Positions 34,903 to 43,949 are shown, counted from the stretch's first letter. The stretch: DNA of 64,000 nt from Thermodesulfobacteriota bacterium (GCA_049322415.1 JBMORI010000039.1:8210-72209); one strand, 5' to 3'. Numbers and translations: made by a program. The notes: generated by a model not told the origin, from the letters alone.

Positions 34903-36197
34903 GCCCCGAACACCCTTTTGTAGATGACCTCTTCCTGCTTGAGGAAGTTGGCCGGATTGAAAAGCTCATCCAGCTTCTCTTGTCCCAACGCACTGGCGAT
35001 GGCCGTATCACGGCGGACCTCGCCGGGGAAGAGCTTTTTTTCCGTCCAACAGCGCATGGCAACGGCCTGCACGGCCTCGTACGCCTTCTGGCGGTCCATT
35101 CCGGCGTCGTCGATGAGCGCCAGGAGCACCGCCTGGGAGAAGAACAGTCCGTATGAGCCCCAGAGGTTGCGCTCCATGTTCTCGGGGATGACGCGAAGCC
35201 CGGAGAGCAGGTTGGACAGGCGGTGCAGCATGTAGTCGGCCAGGATGGTGGAGTCGGGCATGATCACGCGCTCCACCGAGGAGTGGGAGATGTCGCGCTC
35301 GTGCCACAGGGCCATGTTCTCCATGGACGCCAGGGCGTTGGCGCGAAGGAGCCGGGCGAGGCCGGCCAGGTTCTCGGCGGAGATGGGGTTCTTCTTGTGG
35401 GGCATGGCGGAGGAGCCCTTCTGCCCCTTGCCGAAGCCTTCCTCCACCTCCAGCACCTCCGTGCGCTGCAGGTGGCGAAGCTCGACGCAGATGCGCTCGA
35501 TGCCCCCGCCCAGAAGGCCCAGCGCGGTGAAGAACTCCGCGTGCCTGTCGCGCTGCACGATCTGGGTGGAGACGGGGTCGGGGGTGAGCCCCAGGATGGC
35601 GCAGGTCTTCTCCTCCAGTTCGGGGGAGAGGTAGGCGTAGGTGCCCACCGCGCCTGAGATCTTGCCCACGGCCACATTGTCCACCGCCCTGGCCACGCGC
35701 TCGCGGTGGCGGCGGAACTCGGCGAAAAAGACGCACAGCTTGAGCCCGAAGCTGGTGGGCTCGGCGTGGATGCCGTGGGTGCGCCCCATGCACAGCCTGC
35801 CCTTGTGCTCCATGGCCATGGACTTGAGCACGTCCAGGAGCCCGTCCAGGCCTTCGAGGATCTTGCGCCCGGCCCGCATGAGGAGCACGCCGTTGGCGGT
35901 GTCCACGATGTCGGAGCTGGTGCAGCCCAGGTGGATGAAACGGGCGGACGGGCCGACGATCTCCTCCACGTTGGTGAGGAAGGCGATGACGTCGTGGCGG
36001 GTGCGCTCCTCGATTTCGAGGATGCGGTCCACGTCGATGTCCGCCTTGGCGCGGATGGTCTCCATGTCGGCGGCCGGGATGCGCCCCAGGGCGTGCCAGG
36101 CCTCGCAGACGGCCAGTTCCACTTCCAGCCAGACGCGGAACCTGTTCTCCAGGCTCCAGAGCGATCCCATTTCCGGACGGGTGTAGCGTTCTATCAT
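34899..36197 (-). CDS. purB: Adenylosuccinate lyase
   Basis: 432 aa. It starts MIERYTRPEM and carries the fumarate-lyase signature GSSAMPHKKNP. Confidence 0.95.
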   Translation of the reverse strand: MIERYTRPEMGSLWSLENRFRVWLEVELAVCEAWHALGRIPAADMETIRAKADIDVDRILEIEERTRHDVIAFLTNVEEIVGPSARFIHLGCTSSDIVDTANGVLLMRAGRKILEGLDGLLDVLKSMAMEHKGRLCMGRTHGIHAEPTSFGLKLCVFFAEFRRHRERVARAVDNVAVGKISGAVGTYAYLSPELEEKTCAILGLTPDPVSTQIVQRDRHAEFFTALGLLGGGIERICVELRHLQRTEVLEVEEGFGKGQKGSSAMPHKKNPISAENLAGLARLLRANALASMENMALWHERDISHSSVERVIMPDSTILADYMLHRLSNLLSGLRVIPENMERNLWGSYGLFFSQAVLLALIDDAGMDRQKAYEAVQAVAMRCWTEKKLFPGEVRRDTAIASALGQEKLDELFNPANFLKQEEVIYKRVFGA

Positions 36198-36241
36198 GTG
36201 AGTGGGGTGCGAAAGTTGCGATGCCCGGCTGCCGGGCCGTT

Positions 36242-36271
36242 AAAACAAGCAAGGCAGCCGAAGCTGCCTTG
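36242..36271 (-). terminator. Intrinsic terminator after the FmdB-family gene
   Basis: On the minus strand the sequence reads caaggcagc-ttcg-gctgccttg, followed by cttgtttt. Confidence 0.6.
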
Positions 36272-36283
36272 CCGGGGTATCGC

Positions 36284-36562
36284 TTAGTTGGCCGAGCCCC
36301 CCGATGCCGCCGCTGGGGCGCTCGGGGCCGCTTCCGCCTTGGGGGCCGGGGCCGCCGTGGCGCAGTCGGACTTGGCTCCGGAGGGTTTGGAGTACAGATC
36401 GGAATACCAGCCGCCGCCCTTCAGGACAAAAGACGTGCTGGAGATCAGCCTCTCGGCCTTGCCTCCGCAAACCGGGCATGGGGCCGGGCGCTCGGCAAAA
36501 TCCTTCTGCCACTCCTCGAAAGTCTGCTGGCATTCCTGGCAGCGGTATTCGTAGATGGGCAT
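36284..36562 (-). CDS. FmdB-family zinc-ribbon protein
   Basis: Track ORF trimmed to MPIYEYRCQECQQTFEEWQ...CPVCGG, which follows an AAGGAGG Shine-Dalgarno. It has an Ala/Pro-rich tail. Confidence 0.85.
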   Translation of the reverse strand: MPIYEYRCQECQQTFEEWQKDFAERPAPCPVCGGKAERLISSTSFVLKGGGWYSDLYSKPSGAKSDCATAAPAPKAEAAPSAPAAASGGSAN

Positions 36563-36734
36563 GGCTTCCTCCTTGACAACGCGAAAGTGACAGCTCTGGA
36601 GATAGGTCCAGGCCGCGAGGTTGTCAAATACACCGACAAATTTACAGTCCTGGAAGACCGCGTCTTCCAAGGCCGGGGATTGAAATGAATTCGTCTCCGC
36701 CCCTCTTTTCGGGGGGCGGCGGATGACCAAAGGA

Positions 36735-36845
36735 CTAGGACTTCTTCGCGGCCTTGGCTTCGCGGATGCGCTCTTTCAGGCGCTCCTGGCGGCGTTTGCG
36801 GCGGCGGTCCAGTTCCTTCTTGCGCTCGATCTTCTTGTGAGCCAT
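36735..36845 (-). CDS. Unannotated 36-aa highly basic protein
   Basis: Below the ORF-track length cutoff. The minus strand reads AGGAGGAAACACCC-ATG, followed by MAHKKIERKKELDRRRKRRQERLKERIREAKAAKKS and TAG. It has a strong Shine-Dalgarno and neighbour-like codon usage. Confidence 0.6.
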   Translation of the reverse strand: MAHKKIERKKELDRRRKRRQERLKERIREAKAAKKS

Positions 36846-36931
36846 GGGTGTTTCCTCCTGGCGATGTACGCTCGAAAAAAAGGTTCCTTACTGATTCACC
36901 CCTGGCCTGTCCAGGTGTTTTTTTTAAGCAA

Positions 36932-39709
36932 ATGAGCTATCAACCTTTCATGAGCAATTCCCGTGCCCGGATCGTCCTGCTCCTGGCCGTGGTGGCCTTC
37001 GCCGCCGCGTCGAGGCTGGCGTGGCTCGAATCCACGCCTTTGTGGTGGGACGAGTTCGTCACCCTTGGCCGGGCCAAGTTGCATCCGGGCGCGCTCTGGA
37101 CCAGCCTGTCGTACCAGGGGCCGTCGGACTCCTCGCTGGACTCCTCCCCGCCGCTTCTGCACTTCATCCTGCACGGCGTGCTGGCCCTGGGGGGAGCGTC
37201 GGAGACATGGGTGAAGCTGCCGAGCGCCGTCTTCGGCGCGCTCACGGTCCTTGTCATGTATCCGCTTGGGACGCGCCTCTTCGGGGGGCGTTCCGGGCTC
37301 TACGCCTCGGCCCTGCTCGGCTTCTCGCTCTACCACATGCACTACAGCCGCGAGGCCAGGCCCTATGCGCTTTACCTGCTCCTGGCCGCCTGCTCCCTCT
37401 GGCTTCTGCTGCGCGCGCTGGACCTGAACAGGTTCCGTGACTGGGCCGCCTGCGCCCTGGCCTCGGCGGCCACGCTCTACGCCTCCTACCTGGGCGGGGC
37501 CAGCCTTGCCGCCCTGGGCGGCTACCTTGCCGCGCTCGCGCTATCGGGGCGCATGCCTCCGGGGCGGACCCTCCCCGCATTCGCGAGCGTGGCCTTCGCG
37601 GCCCTGGCCTACCTGCCGTGGCTGCCCGGGCACCTCTTCCATATGGAGCTCATCTATTCCCCCGGCGGCGACATGGGCCTGACCCCCGCCTTCCTGGGCC
37701 GGGCGTTCATGGAGTTCACTTCCGGCAGCGGGCTCTACCTGGCCTGCGCCGCCTTCGGGGCCGCCGTGGGCATGCACCGCCATCCCGCGAAGGCCGCGCT
37801 GCTCTACATCTGGCTGGCCCTGCCCGTCGCGGCGGCGCTGGTCCTGCGCACGGGCATCGCGGTCAATCCCCGCTACCTCGTCAACTTCGTGCCGGGTCTG
37901 GCCCTGCTGGCCGGGGCCGGGCTGGACGGACTGGTCAGGGGGGTGTCGCTGGCCCTGCCGGGCCGGGCAGCCGCTCTTCTTGGACTCGTCGCGGCGGTGG
38001 GCCTCTCCTGGCCGGGCCTGACGCGGATGCCGGACTACTACCGCCGCGACAGCCATTCGGTGCGGGACGACCTGCTGGAAGTGGCCGTGAACGCGGCCAA
38101 CGCGGACACCCTGGCCTTTCCCCGCAACCGGCACCTGAAGGTCTTCGCCCGCTGGTACCTGCCGGGGCTTTTCGGCGATCTCTCCCAAAGCGGCGATCTG
38201 GGCTACCGCCGCGTCATGCTGCTAAGCGGCCCCGAGTTCACCCCGGACCTGCCGGGCGAGGCCGAAGCCCACGGCGATCTGCGGGCCTTCCGGATAGGGC
38301 TCCTGAACGTGAGCCCCCTCCCGGCCCCGGGCCCCTACAAGGCGGATTTCTCGAACCTCAGCCTCTACCGCGAGGCCGCCTTCTGGGACAACATCGGCCC
38401 CGACCTGTTCAGGAAATCCCTCACCCTCTACGACCCCGAGCGCCCGGGCCGCGTGCTGTGGCGGTTCACCGCCCCCGAGGGCGGCTTCCCCGCCCAGGTG
38501 ACGCTGCGATGCCGCCTGCGGCTGGACAAAAGCCGGGCCACGCCGCCTCCGGACGCTTCGCTGGCCGTCCTGGCCGGGGCGTCGCCCGAATCCCTCAAGG
38601 CAGCCGCCGCCGTGACGCACGCCGATTTCAAGGCCGGACAGGAGCTGGACCTGACCTTGGCGGTCCCGGCCACCGGCCCGGAACTCACGGCCGGCATCCA
38701 CATGGACCCCGGAACCATCCACGGCGGCATCGAGGTGGTCTCCTTCGATCTGGACTTTCCCGAACGTCCGGCGATCCCCGTCCCGGCGGCGGAGCGCCTG
38801 AGGGGCAGGGCGAAGCTCGTCCCCTGGGCGCCCGGAGTGGTCCGGACCGGGGACGGCGCGCTCTTCGGCTTCGCCCCGGACGATCCGCGCCTGTCAGCCT
38901 TCCTGGCCGAGCATCCCGGCATCGAACCCGTGGCCTCCCTGCCGGACCTCGTCCTCTACGACCCGGCCCTGCTCCGGCCCCGGATCGACCTGCCCGGCCC
39001 GGCGGTGCTCTACGCGGGCAGGTCCCTCCAGGGCATTCGCGTCACCGGGCCGTTTTCGGGCCAGACGCTCGCTCTGGGCGGCTTCGCCCTCCCGCTCCCC
39101 CTAAACGCCCCGCCGGGCTCGGCTCTGGAAATCGCGCCCGGCGGTCAGGGACGCATCAGGGCCGGACTGGATTTCTCGTCCGGATCGACCGGCGCTTTCC
39201 TGTCCTTCAACACCGAGCTCCCGGAGGGTTCTCCCAGCGTCACCTGCCGGGGCGAGAACGGCTGTTTCCTGGTCTACGCCCTGCGCTCGCCCGCGCCCGT
39301 GCGGACCGTGCGGGTGGCGTGGACCCCCGAAGCCTACGGCGAGCCGGGACAGGAGAACGGCGTGCGCCTGTCCTACTCCACGGACGGCAGCTCCTACCGG
39401 CCCGTGGACGCCATGAGCGTCAGGAACTCCGAGCTGTGGGAGGGGAAATACCGCTGTATAACCCGCATCGAGCTGAATGCCCCGTCCACGCTGGTCTACC
39501 TGCGCTTCGACCTGACCAGCGACAAGGCCCGCCTCTGGGCCGGACCCGCAACCCCGCTCTGCATCGACGCATGGACCGATCCGCCCGCGAAGCTCCCGGC
39601 CGCGCTGCCGGAAACACCGTTCAAGCCCGTCAACTCCGGGCCGCCGGTGCAGGTCTACCTGTCGCCCGCGCCCCTGCCGGACCTGGACGGGCTGCTGGCC
39701 CCCCACTAG
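36932..39709 (+). CDS. GT39/ArnT-PMT-like membrane glycosyltransferase fused to a periplasmic C-terminal region of about 500 aa
   Basis: Track ORF trimmed to MSYQPFMSNSRARIVLLLAVV.... The first periplasmic loop contains WWDEF (a DE-type motif). About 11 hydrophobic spans reach to about residue 400, followed by a long soluble region. Confidence 0.7.
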   Translation: MSYQPFMSNSRARIVLLLAVVAFAAASRLAWLESTPLWWDEFVTLGRAKLHPGALWTSLSYQGPSDSSLDSSPPLLHFILHGVLALGGASETWVKLPSAVFGALTVLVMYPLGTRLFGGRSGLYASALLGFSLYHMHYSREARPYALYLLLAACSLWLLLRALDLNRFRDWAACALASAATLYASYLGGASLAALGGYLAALALSGRMPPGRTLPAFASVAFAALAYLPWLPGHLFHMELIYSPGGDMGLTPAFLGRAFMEFTSGSGLYLACAAFGAAVGMHRHPAKAALLYIWLALPVAAALVLRTGIAVNPRYLVNFVPGLALLAGAGLDGLVRGVSLALPGRAAALLGLVAAVGLSWPGLTRMPDYYRRDSHSVRDDLLEVAVNAANADTLAFPRNRHLKVFARWYLPGLFGDLSQSGDLGYRRVMLLSGPEFTPDLPGEAEAHGDLRAFRIGLLNVSPLPAPGPYKADFSNLSLYREAAFWDNIGPDLFRKSLTLYDPERPGRVLWRFTAPEGGFPAQVTLRCRLRLDKSRATPPPDASLAVLAGASPESLKAAAAVTHADFKAGQELDLTLAVPATGPELTAGIHMDPGTIHGGIEVVSFDLDFPERPAIPVPAAERLRGRAKLVPWAPGVVRTGDGALFGFAPDDPRLSAFLAEHPGIEPVASLPDLVLYDPALLRPRIDLPGPAVLYAGRSLQGIRVTGPFSGQTLALGGFALPLPLNAPPGSALEIAPGGQGRIRAGLDFSSGSTGAFLSFNTELPEGSPSVTCRGENGCFLVYALRSPAPVRTVRVAWTPEAYGEPGQENGVRLSYSTDGSSYRPVDAMSVRNSELWEGKYRCITRIELNAPSTLVYLRFDLTSDKARLWAGPATPLCIDAWTDPPAKLPAALPETPFKPVNSGPPVQVYLSPAPLPDLDGLLAPH

Positions 39710-39721
39710 CGAGCACGCGCC

Positions 39722-40102
39722 ATGAAAGTGATCATCCCCGCCGTTTGCGCCGCCGTGTTCCTGTTCGCGCCCGCCCATGCCGAAACCCCAGGCGGCCTCT
39801 TCGCCCGGGGCTATCGCCATCTCACCGGGCAGGGCACGCAGCGCGACGCCACCCTGGCCGCGAAGTTTTTCCTCGAAGCCGCGCAAACCGGCGAGCCGCA
39901 GTCGCAGTTCCAACTCGGCGTGATGTTCATGGACGGGCTGGGACTGCCCAGGGACAACCTCTGGGCCTGGTTCTGGCTGGACAAGGCCGCCTCGAGCCCG
40001 GCACTGCCCGAGGAAGCGCGTCAGGCCGCGAAGGGAAGGCTCGACGCGCTGGGCAAGATATTGACCGCGGACGAGAAGAGGCGGCTGGGAATCAGGAATT
40101 AG
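39722..40102 (+). CDS. Secreted Sel1-repeat protein
   Basis: 126 aa. It has a signal peptide and Sel1-like repeats (AAKFFLEAAQTGEPQSQFQLGVMFMDGLGLPRDNLWAWFWLDKAA). Confidence 0.75.
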   Translation: MKVIIPAVCAAVFLFAPAHAETPGGLFARGYRHLTGQGTQRDATLAAKFFLEAAQTGEPQSQFQLGVMFMDGLGLPRDNLWAWFWLDKAASSPALPEEARQAAKGRLDALGKILTADEKRRLGIRN

Positions 40103-40199
40103 GATGCCTCCGGCGTCCAGAGAGGGCGTTGCCCTCTCTGGACTCACCCGCCAGGGGGTTGATCCCCCTGGCCCCCCAGTTGCTTCGCGGGTTACGGGC
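40103..40199 (+). repeat. GC-rich intergenic repeat element, full copy with a nested 11-bp-stem hairpin (40117-40141) and an 8-bp G5/C5 hairpin (40151-40171)
   Basis: The right half (40151-40199) matches 57730-57778 at 40 of 49 ungapped positions. The left half matches 60572-60630. Confidence 0.7.
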
Positions 40200-40213
40200 G
40201 ATACGAATGCGAT

Positions 40214-40247
40214 GATCGGGGAGCGTGCAAAGCCACGCTCCCCGATC
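40214..40247. repeat. Perfect 14-bp-stem hairpin in a convergent intergenic region
   Basis: gatcggggagcgtg-caaagc-cacgctccccgatc. Confidence 0.6.
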
Positions 40248-40371
40248 TGGTTTAAAAGATTCTTAACCTATCGCCGCTTGCGGCGATGGCGGTCCGCCGG
40301 GATAAACGCGGCATTGGGCGCGTTCCCGGCGGCTCACCCTCCCGCGCCCGAGCCCGGCGGTCCCGCGTGCC

Positions 40372-40414
40372 ACCCGCGAAGCAACTGGCGGGTCAAGGGG
40401 GGCCTCCCCCCTTG
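40372..40414 (-). repeat. Inverted partial copy of the same GC-rich repeat element
   Basis: 40372-40388 is the perfect reverse complement of 40176-40192 (17 nt). It is adjacent to a 9-bp G6/C6 hairpin (40394-40414) that mirrors the 40151-40171 hairpin. Confidence 0.65.
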
Positions 40415-40460
40415 CGGGTGCAGGGCAGCGCCCTGCAGGGTCCGGGCGGAGCCCGGGTCT

Positions 40461-41222
40461 TCAGGCCTTCACCAGCGGCAGCCGCGCTCCCAGGCGGTAC
40501 CCGTCCCCGGCCACGTCCACCACGTACGGCCAGGCCTCCACCCCGGCGTCCACGGCCTCGTAAAAGAGAGCGGCGTACTCGGGGTCGACCGCCCAGGCGG
40601 GCATGAAGCACCGCCCGTCCGGGCGCTGCACCGCGAAGAAGAGCGCCGCCCGAGCGCCGGACCGCGCAAGCCGCATGAGTTCGCGCAGATGCTTGCGGGC
40701 GCGTTCAGACGGCGCGTCCGGGAACTGCGCCGCGCAGTCCTCCACCATGGTGACGTTCTTGGTCTCCACGTAGAGTTCACCGGCGGGACCGGAAAGAAGC
40801 GCGTCCAGTCTGCCGCCCTCGAAGCGCGGCTCGGTCCTGAAGGAATCGTAGCCGGAGAGCTCCGGCATGGCTCCGGTCTCCCACGCGGCGCGCAGGAGCC
40901 GGGTGGGGGTGGCGGTGTTCACGCCCACCCAGAAGTCCCGGAGGCGAAGCGCCTCCACGGTGCATGGGTGCTTGCGGCCCGGCGCGCCGCTCACTGAAAG
41001 AAGCGCGCCGCATCCGGGCCGCGTTAGCCCCAGCATGGTCCCGGTGTTGTTGGTGTGGGCCGTGAAGGGGCCGCCCGCGTCCTCAACGTCCATGAGGAAG
41101 CGCTGCCTGCGGCCCTTGAGCACGGCCGTCCGGACCGCTCCCGAAAAGGGGAGCAGCGGCACGGAAGAATTTACTGTTTTCGTGTTTTGCACTACATCTT
41201 GCCTCGTTTCGTCCGCCACCAC
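40461..41222 (-). CDS. sfsA: SfsA family protein (sugar fermentation stimulation / nuclease-like)
   Basis: 253 aa with a GTG start. The pattern RRQRFLMDVE...AHTNNTGTMLG...VETKNVTM...FPDAPSERARKHLRELM matches the SfsA family. Confidence 0.8.
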   Translation of the reverse strand: MVADETRQDVVQNTKTVNSSVPLLPFSGAVRTAVLKGRRQRFLMDVEDAGGPFTAHTNNTGTMLGLTRPGCGALLSVSGAPGRKHPCTVEALRLRDFWVGVNTATPTRLLRAAWETGAMPELSGYDSFRTEPRFEGGRLDALLSGPAGELYVETKNVTMVEDCAAQFPDAPSERARKHLRELMRLARSGARAALFFAVQRPDGRCFMPAWAVDPEYAALFYEAVDAGVEAWPYVVDVAGDGYRLGARLPLVKA

Positions 41223-41242
41223 GTCAACACAGCGAGAGCCGC

Positions 41243-42415
41243 ATGCGCACTTCCCTGAGACTGTCCCGCATCCAGCCGTCGGCCACCCTGGCCATGAACG
41301 CCAAGGCCCAGGAGCTCAAGGCCCAGGGCAAGGCCGTGATCAGCCTGGCCGTGGGCGAGCCCGACTTCCCCACCCCGGACCACGTCAAGGACGCGGCCAA
41401 GGCCGCCCTGGACGCCAATTTCACCCGCTACACCGCCGTGCCCGGCATTCCCGAGCTGCGCGACGCCGTGGGCGGGTATTTCAACCGCTTCTACGGGGTC
41501 AACCCGCCGCGCGAATCGGTCATCGTGTCCAACGGCGGCAAGCAGGTGCTCTACAACCTGTTCATGGCCCTGCTCAACCCCGGCGAGGAGGTGCTCATCC
41601 CCGCGCCCTACTGGGTGAGCTACCCGGACATGGTGCTCCTGGCGGGCGGCAACCCCGTGCCCGTGCCCACCGAGCCCGAGGACGACTTCCTGGTCAGCGT
41701 GGAGGCCCTGGAGAAGGCCCGCACCCCAGGATGCAAGATCCTGGTGCTCAACTCGCCCTCCAACCCCACCGGCTGCTGCTACACCAAGGCCCAGCTGGAC
41801 GCCATCATGGAGTGGGCCGTCTCCCGGAAAGTGTTCGTCATCTCCGACGAGATATACGACCAGCTGGTCTATCCGCCCTCCGAGCCCGCCTCCTGCATCG
41901 GCTGGTGGGAGAAGAACCCCGAGAGCGTGGCCGTGGTCAACGGCCTGGCCAAGAGCTTCGCCATGACCGGCTGGCGCATCGGCTACGCCGTGGCCCATCC
42001 GGACCTGGTGAAGGCCCAGTCCAAGATTCAGGGCCAGTCAACCTCCAACGTGTGCTCCTTCGCCCAGAAGGGCGCGGTGGCCGCCCTCACGGGAAGCTTC
42101 GAGTACGTGGAGATGATGCGCGGGAACTTCCAGCGCCGCCGCGACCTGGCCATGAAGATCGTCTCCTCCTGGCCCGGCGTGAAGTGCCCCAACCCGGGCG
42201 GCGCGTTCTACCTGTTCCCGGACGTGTCCGCCATCTACGACGCCAGGACCCCGGATTCGGCCACGCTTTGCACCCGCATCCTGGAGGAGGCCCTGGTGGC
42301 GCTGGTGCCGGGCTCGGCCTTCGGCGACGACCGCTGCATCCGCTTCTCCTACGCCGTGGACGACGAGACCCTGGTGAAGGCCCTGGAGGCCGTGGGCAAG
42401 GTGATCAAGGGCTAG
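41243..42415 (+). CDS. Aspartate/aromatic class-I PLP aminotransferase
   Basis: 390 aa. It contains LAVGEPDFPTPDHV, YTAVPGIPELR, NSPSNPTG and SKSFAMTGWRIGY (PLP lysine). Confidence 0.9.
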   Translation: MRTSLRLSRIQPSATLAMNAKAQELKAQGKAVISLAVGEPDFPTPDHVKDAAKAALDANFTRYTAVPGIPELRDAVGGYFNRFYGVNPPRESVIVSNGGKQVLYNLFMALLNPGEEVLIPAPYWVSYPDMVLLAGGNPVPVPTEPEDDFLVSVEALEKARTPGCKILVLNSPSNPTGCCYTKAQLDAIMEWAVSRKVFVISDEIYDQLVYPPSEPASCIGWWEKNPESVAVVNGLAKSFAMTGWRIGYAVAHPDLVKAQSKIQGQSTSNVCSFAQKGAVAALTGSFEYVEMMRGNFQRRRDLAMKIVSSWPGVKCPNPGGAFYLFPDVSAIYDARTPDSATLCTRILEEALVALVPGSAFGDDRCIRFSYAVDDETLVKALEAVGKVIKG

Positions 42416-42420
42416 GCGGC

Positions 42421-42455
42421 TATCCCATGGAAACGTGAACATGTTTTCATGGAAC
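42421..42455. repeat. AT-rich hairpin element, copy 2
   Basis: tatcccatggaaacgtgaacatgttttcatggaac. 26 of 35 positions are identical to 16256-16290. It lies just after the aminotransferase stop. Confidence 0.6.
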
Positions 42456-42482
42456 TGTTTGTGATGTTGGTGTAGTTGCAGG

Positions 42483-42508
42483 GGGAGCGCGCAAGCTTGC
42501 GCGCTCCC
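42483..42508. repeat. Perfect 26-nt palindrome (possible terminator or operator)
   Basis: gggagcgcgcaagcttgcgcgctccc. No U-run follows it. Confidence 0.5.
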
Positions 42509-42544
42509 TTACGCGTTATGCGAGACCAAAAAGGAGCCGCCGCA

Positions 42545-43894
42545 ATGTCCCAAAACCTTCTCGACTGGACCAGCGCCTATCCCAAGGGCGTCTCCCCCAG
42601 CGCCGGGCAGGCCCGGCTCGGGGCTTTCGTGGAAAAGCTCGCCGTGGACCTCTCCGGAACCGAGGGGGGCCGTCTGCCTTTCATCAACATGCCCCACTGG
42701 CCGTCCCTCAAGCGGGACCTGGCGGTGCTTGCTCCTCGTCTCAAGAAATTCAAGCACATGCTGCTTCTCGGCATCGGCGGATCGGCGCTCGGCCCCCGCG
42801 CGCTCCAGAAGGCATTCTTCCCCCAGCAGGACCAGCCCGGCCACGACGGCCCCTGGCTCTGGATCGCCGACAACGTGGACGTGCCCACCCTGGAAGCCTA
42901 CTTCACCAAGCTCCCCCCGGAGGAGACCGTGGTCCTGGCCGTGAGCAAGTCCGGCGGAACCATCGAGACCACAAGCCAGTACTTCCTGGCCTGCCAGTGG
43001 CTGAGGGACAGCCTGGGCCAGCGCTGGAAGGACAACCTGATCATGGTCACGGGCGGCGAGGGCTTCTTCCACAAGGAGTCCCAGAAGCACGGCTTCACCA
43101 CCCTGCCCGTGCCCACCTACATGGGCGGGCGCTATTCCGTGCTGTCGGCCGTCGGTCTTGTCCCGGCGGCGTTCCTGGGCATCGGCTACGAGGCGCTGGT
43201 GGAGGGCTCCCTGGCCGTGACCAGGCCTCTCTTCGACACCATCCTCTCGCCCAGGATCCTGGCCGCCCATCCGGCCTGGCAGCTGGCGACCTGGAACTGG
43301 TCCATCATGGACTCCGGCTTCGACCAGCTGATCTTCTTCTGCTACGTCCCCAAGCTGGCCACCATGGGCGCATGGTTCGCCCAGCTCTGGGCGGAGAGCC
43401 TGGGCAAGCAGGGCAAGGGCTCCATGCCCATCCCGGCGGTCGGCGTCACCGACCAGCACTCCCTGCAGCAGATGTTCCTGGACGGCCCGCGCAACAAGGG
43501 CTGCCTGTTCATCACCAGCGCCGAGGAACACCCCGGCCTGGCCTTCCCGGACGACATCCCGTCCGAGTTCGGTTTCCTGCGCGGCAAGACGATGGGAGAG
43601 TTGCTGCCCGCCGAGGCCCTGGGCTCGCGCATGGCCATGACCCAGCGCGGCGTCCCCCTGGTGGAGATGCGCCTTGGCAAGTGCGGCGAGCACGAGTGCG
43701 GGCGGCTCATGGGGCTTCTGGAGCTGACCACGCTGCTCACCGGCTGGCTCATGTCCATCGACCCGCTGGACCAGCCCGCCGTGGAACTGGGCAAGCGCCT
43801 GGCCAAGGCCAGGCTCGGGGCGGACGGCCTGGCCAAGGAGAAGGCGGATCTTGCCGCCTTCATGGCCGCCGAGCACCCCATCACGGAGTTCTAG
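42545..43894 (+). CDS. pgi: Glucose-6-phosphate isomerase
   Basis: Track ORF trimmed to MSQNLLDW..., which follows an AAAGGAG Shine-Dalgarno. It contains LLLGIGGSALGPRA, VSKSGGTIET and a SIS-domain pattern. Confidence 0.85.
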   Translation: MSQNLLDWTSAYPKGVSPSAGQARLGAFVEKLAVDLSGTEGGRLPFINMPHWPSLKRDLAVLAPRLKKFKHMLLLGIGGSALGPRALQKAFFPQQDQPGHDGPWLWIADNVDVPTLEAYFTKLPPEETVVLAVSKSGGTIETTSQYFLACQWLRDSLGQRWKDNLIMVTGGEGFFHKESQKHGFTTLPVPTYMGGRYSVLSAVGLVPAAFLGIGYEALVEGSLAVTRPLFDTILSPRILAAHPAWQLATWNWSIMDSGFDQLIFFCYVPKLATMGAWFAQLWAESLGKQGKGSMPIPAVGVTDQHSLQQMFLDGPRNKGCLFITSAEEHPGLAFPDDIPSEFGFLRGKTMGELLPAEALGSRMAMTQRGVPLVEMRLGKCGEHECGRLMGLLELTTLLTGWLMSIDPLDQPAVELGKRLAKARLGADGLAKEKADLAAFMAAEHPITEF

Positions 43895-43949
43895 GACGTT
43901 GCAAAGCGCCCTCAAGCGCCAGGAACCAGCCGGCAGCGGACCGATCTCC

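Noticed and set aside
37618-40215. 865-aa plus-strand ORF in an alternative frame
   Set aside because: It overlaps the GT39-like gene in another frame. Its product is an Arg/Pro/Gly-rich string, and its end merely translates the intergenic repeat (…GLIPLAPQLLRG…).
40103-40460. Possible CRISPR array or tRNA/ncRNA gene in the hairpin-rich spacer
   Set aside because: The repeats are neither regularly spaced nor separated by unique spacers of uniform length. No cloverleaf can be drawn. The modular inverted copies fit a REP/BIME-like element better.
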